A stretch of DNA of 39,715 nucleotides from a virus (lineage: Duplodnaviria; Caudoviricetes): the IMG/VR virus record IMGVR_UViG_3300020258_000013, positions 1 to 39,715 of that record; one strand, given 5' to 3'. This document shows positions 20,706-31,100 of this stretch, piece by piece. Position numbers and translations under genes: made by a program. Each line of letters starts with the position of its first letter. Positions within the stretch are counted from its first letter, which is position 1. The notes beneath the pieces were generated by a model. It made no database searches. It was given only the letters and a program-made list of their open reading frames with translations, and had not been told where the DNA came from.

Positions 20706-23700
20706 ACAAGTAGCGAAAACAGATACCTTTGAGAAACAAAGGCAAGTCATCAATGACATTGCATCGGATTTGTTTAGCATCGGAGCGGGCGGTAGTGACC
20801 TGTCTACTGGTAATCTAAAACTTGGCGATGGTACTAAAGATGCTCCATCGTTATCCTTCCTAAGTCAAGGAACTCTAGGTCTGTTTAGACCAGAGCAAAA
20901 CAACATGACTTTTGTGGCAGACACAAAAAGAATTTTTGCTTATGATGCTTCTGCTGCTTATTTCTATAGAAACTTCATTCTCCAGAAGAATGAACTAATT
21001 ACAGAGGGACTGGAGATCCAGGCAGCTGGTCAAAACTATGACCCTGGTAGTTACGAAAATATTAGTGTATTTGGCGGCACTGGTGCCTCTGGTGAAGTTG
21101 CTCTTACTATCGTTGCTTACAGCGGTACTGTAACCAATTCTGGTAGTGGATATTCATATCCATCCACTGGAGGTCTAGGTGGCGGTGGTAGTGAAGTTTT
21201 TAATAGTGTAGAATTTACAACCAGCGGAAGTGGCACTGGCGCTAAGGGTAATGTAACCCACGCTAATGGTAGTCTTACTGAAGTAGAATTTACAGACTTT
21301 GGTTCGGGATATGCCATCGGTGATACGTTGGGTATGCCCCCCGATGTTGTTAGTGTAACTGCTACAACAACTACAGACTCTGCTGATATTACACTTGCCG
21401 ACACTACTGGCATTTACGAAGGTTGGGAAATCATTGTAGTAAATACATCTGGTGGTGGTAGTCTAGAGACACCTACAGATGCTTTGTCTGGAGCAGCGTT
21501 ACCGATTAAGGTTCAGTCCTTATCGGCAATGAACACAACTGATCTTACAACTAATACAGTTGGTCTTACTGATGGTACTATTACCGTAACGTTTAGAGCA
21601 CCTTGGGATAACGTAAATGGTAGTGGATTCCAATATACTATTGATAAAGTTGGTGTTGCTAACTCTGTATCAGTAGATAATTCTGGTAATGGATATACAG
21701 TTGGCGATGTTCTGACTATCAACGCTTTAGATCTTACTCAACCTATTGATCTAACTGTATCTACTATTGGAGTTCAGCAATTAACATTTGCTTCTGCTGT
21801 ATCTGGTGCTGTTGTTGGTGCTTCTGTTGAAGCAACAGATCCTAACAGTGGTGGCGGTCCAGGCGGCGGAGGCGGCGGCGGTGGCGGTATTGGAGGTGGC
21901 GGTGGCGGCACCGATCCAAACGTCGGTACAATTATTGAAGTAAACAGCTCTACAGATTTTGTTGTTAGATGGACAACAGGTAACGCTTCTTCTGGTTACG
22001 AACTTGCTATCAATGGATCTGGTAATGATGTTATTGACACTGTAGAAGAAAGAAACAGATTTGGTATTGACTTAGATGACGGCAATGGCGAACAGCTATA
22101 TCCTGATCTGACGTTCTTCAAGAATAATAGATATAGATTTGATATCACCAACGTCGGTAGTTCTCACCCATTGAGATTGAGTATCCACCCAGATGGTATT
22201 CATAATGTAGTTTCACAAACTATTTCACTTAGTGACTCTTCACTGATTCTGACTGTACCAAGTGTTGCTGGCATCTTGGTTGGTATGTCAGTAGCTTCAA
22301 ATAATGATGATATCAGTCAAACTGGTCAGATTACAGGTGCTACGGTTGTTAGTGTGGATCCTGTTGGTAATACAGTAACCGTTGACAATCTACCAAATGC
22401 TTCTGGAACATCTATTGTAGAATTTACAGGTGTTCAATATTCGGGAAGTGAATATGATGCTGCCGAAGATGATAGCAACTACGTTGTAATTGCCCCTACA
22501 GATGAAACTCCAGCAACTCTGTATTACTATTGTGAGAACCATCCAGACATGGCTGGTAACAATGGTAATGAAGCAGAGATTACTATCAACTACAATAACC
22601 CTAAGGTATTTGGTACTGGACTGGAGATTCTAGTTACAGATGTTCAAACAACTGACACCGTTAAGGGTGATGTTTCTAATGGTAACTTCGAGGTTCAGCA
22701 AATTACTGGAACCACTGTTACTGTAGAAGATATTACAACAACCAATATTACATCAACTCTTTCTACAACTGATAGGATCAAAACACCTATTCTTTCGTTG
22801 GAACAGAATAGTGATGGTACTGATCTAACAACAATTACTGCTATTGCTGGCGCTATTGATCTTGGCGGCACTTCATTTAAGATTGGTGATAAGTTCACTG
22901 TTACTGGAGATACAGGAACTATTAATACTGATGGTATTATCAAGACCACCAATCAGTTGAATGTCAATGACTTCATCAAGATCACTGATAATAACATTGA
23001 GTCTACACTCAACAATAATATTTTCCTGACTCCAGCACCAAATAAAATTGTCAAGGTTGATGCTGTAACTGCTCTCTGTGTACCTGCTGGTGTAACAAGT
23101 CAAAGACCTACATCTGCTAATGTACAGAATGGTTCAATCAGATTTAACAGTGAGACTAATCAGTATGAAGGTTACAGTGATCTATCTGGATCTGGTATTT
23201 GGTCTTCTCTAGGTGGTGTTCGTGACGTTGATGGTAATACCTTTATTACTGCTGAAGCATTTGTTGGTGCTAATGACAACACCCTATACTTCTACACCGA
23301 CGACAATAACGCTGCCAGACTCAACAGCACTTATCTAGATTTCTGGAATACCAAGAAGATTAGATCTGCTAACACTACGGCACCATCTTATTTCAATTAT
23401 GCTTCAAACATTCCACTGACAGTGGGACAGTATGTGAAGTATAGAAACAATATTTACGAGGTTACTGGCGCTGGTACATCTGGTACATCTGGTAACGAAC
23501 CAACTCATACCACAGGAGCACAACCTAACGGTAGTGCTGAACTGACATGGCATTCCTTGGCAGTAGGACCACTGACGTTTGAAGAAATTGAGGAGATTAG
23601 AATTGCTCCTGTCGGTGGTACAGCACTATCCATCAATGGCGACCTAAGACTTGAGAACGCCAGAATCTCTACTGATATTTCTGATCTTACTCTTGATCCA

Positions 23701-24627
23701 AACTCTGGTAAGAGAGTTATCATTAATGCTGCTACTCACCTACAGATTCCTGCTGGTACTGAAGGTCAGAAGAGCACTGGTACAGCACAAGCAGGTTCGA
23801 TTAGATATAACACAACTATTCTTCAGTATGAAGGATACAACGGATCTTCTTGGTCTTCCTTGGGTGGTGTTCGTGACGTTGATGGCGACACCTTCATCAA
23901 ACCAGAAGTAAGTCCTGGTAGTGATGAAGATACTTTGTATTTCTTTAATACAAACGTTCTATCGATGCAACTGACTCCTAACAAGTTGGAGTTGCTTGCT
24001 GTAGATAGTTTTGAGTCTGCTGATAATATCAATTTAAATGCTCCTACCATCACAACACATAATCTTGCTACAACGCTAGATACTGATGATGCTTTAAGAG
24101 CTCGCTTTACAACTATTAGATCTGAGTATGAGATTGGTTTCAATCCAACTGGTCTAGCAAACGAAACCTTCCTAAGATTCAATGAGAATGGTGAGGTTTG
24201 GATTAACAGAGGTTTGGGTTCTGGTGGAACCGAAAGTTATCTGAGAGTCCTGGATAGTGAACTAGAAACATTTGAACTAGAAAGAACTAGACAGACTTCT
24301 GTCAAAGTTCCTATGGAACGTGGTGTTGTCAACTCTGGTACTGCCACAATTTACAACCCAACAACTGCTCTTGGAGCAAAAGTTCATCTAATCGCTTTCA
24401 ATAAGACTACTGGTGATAAAGAATGTATTGAATATAGTGTTATTGACAAGGGAACCAATATCGAATACACCGAACTTGGTAACCTCAAAACAGGAGCAAA
24501 TATTATTGACACCACTTTCAACTTTGCTGTCAGTGGTGAAGTCAGACTTTCTATGACATTGAATTCTGCTCTGGCACAAAACAACCTAATTGATGTAATC
24601 GTCGTCACTAACGCTATCAAGAAATAA
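20692..24627 (+). CDS. Virion structural / fibre-like protein (1311 aa)
   Basis: N-terminal VAKTDTFEKQRQVINDI and GDGTKDAPSLSF; GxGY repeats; poly-Gly tract; cupredoxin-like LYYYCENHPDMAG; two GSIR(F/Y)N...YEGY...WSSLGGVRDVDG repeats; a CBM5/12-like module. Confidence 0.75.
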   Translation: MSVLRQVAKTDTFEKQRQVINDIASDLFSIGAGGSDLSTGNLKLGDGTKDAPSLSFLSQGTLGLFRPEQNNMTFVADTKRIFAYDASAAYFYRNFILQKNELITEGLEIQAAGQNYDPGSYENISVFGGTGASGEVALTIVAYSGTVTNSGSGYSYPSTGGLGGGGSEVFNSVEFTTSGSGTGAKGNVTHANGSLTEVEFTDFGSGYAIGDTLGMPPDVVSVTATTTTDSADITLADTTGIYEGWEIIVVNTSGGGSLETPTDALSGAALPIKVQSLSAMNTTDLTTNTVGLTDGTITVTFRAPWDNVNGSGFQYTIDKVGVANSVSVDNSGNGYTVGDVLTINALDLTQPIDLTVSTIGVQQLTFASAVSGAVVGASVEATDPNSGGGPGGGGGGGGGIGGGGGGTDPNVGTIIEVNSSTDFVVRWTTGNASSGYELAINGSGNDVIDTVEERNRFGIDLDDGNGEQLYPDLTFFKNNRYRFDITNVGSSHPLRLSIHPDGIHNVVSQTISLSDSSLILTVPSVAGILVGMSVASNNDDISQTGQITGATVVSVDPVGNTVTVDNLPNASGTSIVEFTGVQYSGSEYDAAEDDSNYVVIAPTDETPATLYYYCENHPDMAGNNGNEAEITINYNNPKVFGTGLEILVTDVQTTDTVKGDVSNGNFEVQQITGTTVTVEDITTTNITSTLSTTDRIKTPILSLEQNSDGTDLTTITAIAGAIDLGGTSFKIGDKFTVTGDTGTINTDGIIKTTNQLNVNDFIKITDNNIESTLNNNIFLTPAPNKIVKVDAVTALCVPAGVTSQRPTSANVQNGSIRFNSETNQYEGYSDLSGSGIWSSLGGVRDVDGNTFITAEAFVGANDNTLYFYTDDNNAARLNSTYLDFWNTKKIRSANTTAPSYFNYASNIPLTVGQYVKYRNNIYEVTGAGTSGTSGNEPTHTTGAQPNGSAELTWHSLAVGPLTFEEIEEIRIAPVGGTALSINGDLRLENARISTDISDLTLDPNSGKRVIINAATHLQIPAGTEGQKSTGTAQAGSIRYNTTILQYEGYNGSSWSSLGGVRDVDGDTFIKPEVSPGSDEDTLYFFNTNVLSMQLTPNKLELLAVDSFESADNINLNAPTITTHNLATTLDTDDALRARFTTIRSEYEIGFNPTGLANETFLRFNENGEVWINRGLGSGGTESYLRVLDSELETFELERTRQTSVKVPMERGVVNSGTATIYNPTTALGAKVHLIAFNKTTGDKECIEYSVIDKGTNIEYTELGNLKTGANIIDTTFNFAVSGEVRLSMTLNSALAQNNLIDVIVVTNAIKK
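21850..21909 (+). repeat. (GGN)n poly-glycine tract, 18 Gly in 20 codons
   Basis: ggtggcggtccaggcggcggaggcggcggcggtggcggtattggaggtggcggtggcggc encodes GGGPGGGGGGGGGIGGGGGG. Confidence 0.95.
23131..23946 (+). repeat. Two copies of a ~55-aa fibre repeat (GSIRxN...QYEGY...WSSLGGVRDVDGxTFI...TLYF)
   Basis: Protein-level duplication. The 23-nt sequence ggtggtgttcgtgacgttgatgg is identical at 23212-23234 and 23863-23885. Confidence 0.9.
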
Positions 24628-24629
24628 CA

Positions 24630-25139
24630 ATGGCAATTAATTTAAAAAACCTAGATTCTACTGGTGGATTTTCTATTGGCGATTCAACGATTGTCGATTC
24701 GGATTCCAACATTAAGAATGTAAACACCTTTGAGGTTAAAAACACCCACTATACAGATAGTCATTCTCAACATTTTATTTTGAGAGGATTGAACACAGCA
24801 ACTCTTTCGCTGGATACTTCCTCAACGACTATTTTTGTCCCATCTAATACTATTAGTTTCATCACTGCTAATGTAGTTGCTGTGTCAGAAGCAGGCAACG
24901 GTGTACTAGTAATGAAACTAGAAACTGCCGTCAGCGCTAGTGCTGCTGGGGCATTGACAGAACTATCTACTATGGAAACCATCATTAGAGATGATGTTCC
25001 AGCAGCAGAATCATGGTCGATTACACCTTTCACGACAGGTGCCTTAAACAGGTTCAGTTACAATACAGTTAAGTCAGGTTCTAACATCGCCGTAAAGTGG
25101 TTCGTATACGTCCAAGTTGCTTCTATCGACTGGAGTTGA
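24630..25139 (+). CDS. Hypothetical virion-associated protein (169 aa)
   Basis: ORF starts 2 nt after the upstream stop and fills the gap to the next late promoter. Beta-rich, with N-terminal LDSTGGFSIG. Confidence 0.75.
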   Translation: MAINLKNLDSTGGFSIGDSTIVDSDSNIKNVNTFEVKNTHYTDSHSQHFILRGLNTATLSLDTSSTTIFVPSNTISFITANVVAVSEAGNGVLVMKLETAVSASAAGALTELSTMETIIRDDVPAAESWSITPFTTGALNRFSYNTVKSGSNIAVKWFVYVQVASIDWS

Positions 25140-25141
25140 TT

Positions 25142-25149
25142 GCTAAATA
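25142..25149 (+). promoter_or_regulatory. Late promoter variant GCTAAATA
   Basis: Intergenic, 39 nt upstream of the ATG at 25188; identical octamer to 12389-12396. Confidence 0.65.
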
Positions 25150-25187
25150 GATAAAGAATAAAATATACGGCTGGGGCTGGGTATAAA

Positions 25188-28100
25188 ATGAGTTTTCAGT
25201 TTAATTCTGATAAGGAACGCATTAGAGGTGTAAATCCTACGATTTACGGTGAGAATTCTATCCTGTTTAGAGCAGGTGTTGGTTCGAATGAAAAGGAAGT
25301 CTTTCGAGCCCAACTTGACGCTACCACTGGTGGCGGTCGTGTAGGTATTAATAGAACTGGTAGGCGAGTTGAAAGAATTGATGTAGACCTTGGTGGTACT
25401 GGATACGTTCAGGCACCATCTGTTTTGGTTGCCGAACCTGATCTTCCAGGTGGTATCCGTGCCCTAGCTTCTGCTGAACTAACAGCAGGTAGTGTTACTC
25501 GAATTCTAGTTGAAGACCCTGGTGACGGTTATTCCCAACCCCCCGTCGTCACCATCACTGGTGCTACTGGTGCTGGTGCTTCAGCAACTGCCGTTCTTGA
25601 TACTGTTGATTACGAACTTGACATCAACGGTGCTATTAGAACATCTACGTCTATCATTTCTGATACGGCGAGAATCCTCAACCTTGATATTGATAACTTC
25701 GTTACTTCTAACGCCCAGTTTAGAGCACCCAATCTAAAGAACTATCAAAATGGTGGTGGTACTCCTTGGCAGGCAGAAACACTAGTACCTAAGAACGCTT
25801 ACAGATACTACAACATCTACGTTTATCAGGCGATGAACGTGGGTACAACAGGAACACAACCCCCAACCCATGCTGATGGTACTGAACTGAATGGAACCGT
25901 TCAGTTTAAGCATATTGGTATTAGAGAAAGTCTTCCTGATGCCGATTTCTTCGGAGAGACTGGAGATTCGGGTATCTTCCCCCGCTCGATCACTCCACTA
26001 CTTGGTGATAGATCCGATGCTATTGCTACCACCGAGTACGTTCTAAACCTAGCAACCAACGACGTTGGTGGTAGAATCTACGTTTCAGAACAGATTGGTA
26101 ATGACGCTAACGACGGTCGTTCCCCAGTTAACCCAGTTAGAACTATTAAAAAAGGTTGTCAGTTAGCGTGGGAAACGCCTGGCGTCAAAGAAACCATCAT
26201 CATTGCTGGTGGTAACTACGAAGAAGATAACCCAATTTCAATTCCACCAGACGCTTCTGTTGTTGGTGACAACCTACGTCTGGTTATTATTCGTCCTAAA
26301 AACGAAAGGAAGCACATCTTCAAGTTCGGTGATAAGAACTATGTTATTGGTGTTACCTATCGTGACGCTATTGACTCTTTAGGTGACTCTCAGTTCACCT
26401 GGGATTACGCCATGGTGTTCGACGACAAACAAAGAGTTGTTCTCGACACAACAGCAGGTGGTAATTTTGATCTACCTTTCCCAATTGGTCATCAGGTATT
26501 TGGTGCCGATAGATTCCGTGCTAGATTCACAGAAAACGGTGGTCTAACAAACCTACAGGTGGGTCAGAAGATCTTTGGTGTTAACTCTCTATCTGTTGGT
26601 ACAGTATACGCTGTCACATTTGACATCACTGATCTCAGTAATGGATTCCACCACCTTGCTGGTGAATTTGACTTTACGGTTGACTTTGGTACATTCAACA
26701 TTGGTGAAACATTTAGATATGGTGGTCCTGGAACCACAGAGTACAAAACTAATGTAGACCTGAATGTAGGCGATCTGGTCTGGAACCTCGGTGAAGAAGT
26801 ATATGAGGTAACAGTTGCTGGTACATCAGGTACATCTGCTCCTACACATGACACTGGAGCGGAAGACGCTACTGGTGGTACTGCTGAGTTTACATATCTA
26901 CGAGATGCTTACTCACTGATCGCTAATGATATTAGATCGATCAGATCTGAGGGTGAGGTTGTTTTCGAGAACGATGCTGATCTAGAAGGAGAACCAACTA
27001 ACTCGATTACTCGTATCGACTTCTCCCTAGCAGGATCGGGAACCCTTGGTGGATTTGGCGAACCTTCTACTGGTGTCAATGGTCCAGTAGAAGATAATGG
27101 TGGCATTGTTATCTACACCAACCCACTGACTGGTAGACAAGGTATTCACGACTTCAAAGAAGGTGAAGAAATCTTTATTAGTGGTCTGATTGCTGATGGT
27201 GGTGCTGAAGATCTTTCTTGGTTGAACGGTTACCAGAGAATCTACAAGGTTCTAGAAGACGCTGATGGTCGTGCTCGCCGCTTCATCATTCCTAAGAAAG
27301 TTCCTGTAATCGGTGGTGTTCCCCAGTTCACCGCTTCTGATTATGATCCTGGAACAAACGCTAGAGTAACTACAGCTTCTAGAAATGTCACATTTACACT
27401 TCTAAACTCTCCACAGAAGTTTGCTGTATCTCCTCCTGTAGCAAGAAGATTCCAAGACGCTTGTCTACAAATCAGAAACAACATCGACTACATTGCCGAT
27501 GAAGTTGTAGGTAAGGTCAATGATCAATTCCAGAAAGATCATTATGCTGTATATGACATTGGTGGTACTCCATCCAGTCAATTCACTCCTACTGATGTAG
27601 ATTACAACCCATCTACAGGTGAAGCAGTCTTTACTGTTGCTAACCACGGTCTCTCTATTGGAGATGGTGTCAAGATTGAAGACGGATCCATCACATTTGT
27701 ATGTGGTATGGACAATTATGCTACTGAGCATAAGGCTCCATTGTCCCATCACTATTCCAGTGGTAAGTCCCTTCCAATTCTTGCTGCCGATACCAACACA
27801 TTCACTTTGAATGTAGGTGCCTCTGGTCCTGACAAGTATTTCACACCAACCAACGTAACATATAACCCAGCAACAGGTGATGCTGTACTTACCGTTGGTG
27901 AGCATGGTTTGTCTGAGGGAGAAGGTATTGTTATCGATCAAGAATCCCTAGGATTCACTTGTACGATGGATAACAATGATTCCGTCAAGTATTATCCACG
28001 TCTAGGTCACGACAAGTACGCTGCTAGATCTATCCCCATCAAGAGTGTAACTCAGACCGAGATCACAATTAACGTTGGTAAGTCTAAACTAGATCAATAT

Positions 28101-31100
28101 TTCACTCCATCTGCTGCCACATATGATGCTGCTACTGGCGATCTGACAGTTACTGTAGGTCAGCATGGTCTTGCTGTTGGTAAAGGAATCGTTCTTGAAG
28201 ACGAGTCTTTCACCTTCACATGTGATCAGAACAATCACCAAACTACCCACCAGTATCCACGTGCTGGCATCGATCCATATGCTGGTAAGTCAATCCCCAT
28301 CACTGCTGTAGGTAGCACTCAGCATACAGTTACTGATGCTACGTATAATCCTGCTAATGGTGAGATCGTTCTTACTGTTCCTAGTCATGGATTTACCCAA
28401 GGCGATTGGGTTCTTGTCGAGGATGGATCACTTGTATTCACCTGTGATCTCGACGGCAACTCCACTCAGAAGGCATATCCAAAAGCAAACTACGATTGGG
28501 CAAGCAAGCGCTGGTTACAAATCTCCGAAGTTCTTCCAAACAGCTTCAAAATTACTATCGATGAAGATAGTTGGGGAGACTACACTGGCAACCACACCTT
28601 TGTCAGTGCCGCTACCAACGGTCTCCTACGTCAAGATGGAACGTTTACTATTAATGTAGGTGATGCTGGATCTGCTACTGGATCTAACCACCTATTTGTT
28701 TCGGCAGCCACAAATGCTATGAGACATACCCCACAGGTTGCTCATACATTCGTTTCTGCTGCTTCTAATTGTGTCAAGCATCTACCACAGTCTCCACATC
28801 AGTTCGTAAGATCTGCTCCCAACTCCCTATCTATCGGTGGTGGAGAATTCAAGATCTACCTAGGACAGACTGGTTATGTTCACACTTATGTTAGTGGTGG
28901 TACAGTAACATTCGGTGGTAACTCTTACAACATCACCAACTTTGTCTACGATAACGTAGTCACTGGTGAAGCAACAATCACCACTGCTACATCTATCGTT
29001 GGACTAGCAAACGACAGCATCGTCAAACTAGACGATATTCTAGTCGAGTGTAATATTGGTGGAACTGTTACTCAGAAACTATATCCAAGTTTCAGTATTC
29101 CAGTTAGCGATACTAAGTGCCGTAGAGACATCGGACACTTCATTAATGCTATTCTTAGAGACCTTGAATATGGAAGTAACTACAATACCATTGACGCTGC
29201 TAAGAAATACATCTCTGCTGGTCAAGTTGATTTCGTAGACTACGAAATTATTCAGACTGTACGTGCTTTCGAGTACACCAGAGAACTGATGAACTATGCC
29301 ATGTGTAAGTGGCGTACAGGAACTGGTGCTCCAGGACAACCCCAATACACTTCTCAGTATACGTCTCTACCCCAGTATATTGATATCTCCGTTATTGACG
29401 ACGATGATCCTATTGCTTGTGATGATGTAAGATCTGCTATCAGCACTCTGGCATACTTGTTTGTTGATGTCATCACTAATGATTCTAGTGGCACAACTCT
29501 TGATGCTGCTTACTTGATCGCTAGAAACAGAGATTTCATTGCTGATGAGGCATACGGAAAGACAAAGAGTGTATACCCAACACTAAATCTCAATGATATT
29601 GACGAGCGTAAGTGCCGTAGAGATATCAACAAAGTTATTGATGCTGTACTGAAAGACTTGGTTCTTGGTGGCAACACTGCTTCTGTCGAAGCTGGTGAAA
29701 GCTACTTCACTGGCACCACACTAACTGGTTTACCACCTAGCGAAGTAGGACCTACACTTTATACATTCGAAACAGCAAGAGATCTTTCCATCCTTGCCAT
29801 GAGGAATTGGAAGACTGGTGGTGGCAACGGCGCTGTATACAACCCCGCTCATTCTCCAATCCCACAATTCACTGATAGCACCATTCTGGTTGACCCAGAT
29901 GGCACTCCAACATCTCAGTGGACCCCAACAGGAGCAACCTATGATCCTGCTACGGGTGAGTTCATCATGGTTATTCCTAGTAACACCATTACAACAAATG
30001 ATGTTATTAGACTAGACCTTGAAAGCTTTGTGTTTACATGTGCCATGGATGGCAATGCCACAGAGCACGCTCTACCTGGAGCATATCAACTAGCAGGAAC
30101 TCAGGCAAGACCTGTAACCAATGTCAGTGGTTCTAATGTAACTATCAACGTTGGTGCTTCTGGTCCCGACCAGTTGTTCACCCCAACAGATGTTACCTAC
30201 AATCCTCAGACTGGCGACATGGTTCTCACCATTGCCACTGAGCAAGATCCACATACTCTAAGCATTGGCGAAGGTATTGTACTAGAACCAAATGCTTTCA
30301 GTTTCACCTGTGCCATGGATAACCATGACAGCACAAAGACTTATCCACGTCCTGGTATCGATCCTTTCGCTAGCAGATCGATTAAGATTAAGGATACAAC
30401 TGATACTACAATCACCCTTAATGTAGGAAACGCTGGTCAGAACAAGTATTTCACTCCATCTGCTGCCAGCTACAACCCATCAACAGGTGACATGACAGTC
30501 ACTGTTGGTCAACATGGTCTTGGTGTTGGTAGAAGTGTTGTTCTGGATGACCTATCCTTTACCTTCACCTGTGCCCTAGATGGCAACCAGTCTACTCACC
30601 AGTATCCACGTCCTGGAACTGACCCATATGCTGGCAAATCTATCGCCATCACAAACGTTGGTTTTACCAATCACACACCAACAAACGTTACCTACAATGC
30701 TTCTACAGGTGTAGTTCAATTTACTATTGGTGGTCATGGATTTGCTAATGGTGATTATATCAAGATTGATGATGGTTCGCTAGACTTCACATGTGTTCTT
30801 GATGGCAATACAGTAGCTAAGTCTTATCCACGTGCTGGTTATGACTATCCATCTGGTCGTTGGATGAAGATTAGTAATGTAACTAACAACACCTTTGATA
30901 TCAATGTAGGTCCTTCTGACTATGATGGTACTCACACCTTTGTTAGTGCCGATGCTAATTCTGTTAAGCGTCAGGACGGCACATTCACCATCAACGTTGG
31001 TACATCTTCTGATACATCAGTACACACATTTGTTAGTGCTACTACTAACGCTATCAAGTTCCTACCACAGTCTGCTCACACATTCGTTAGTGCTGCTGCC

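Noticed and set aside
25164-25185. GGCTGGGGCTGGG element flanked by TATAC/GTATA before the giant fibre start
   Set aside because: Only a 5-bp stem and a marginal two-tier G4 pattern. It most simply serves as a G-rich RBS and is too weak to call.
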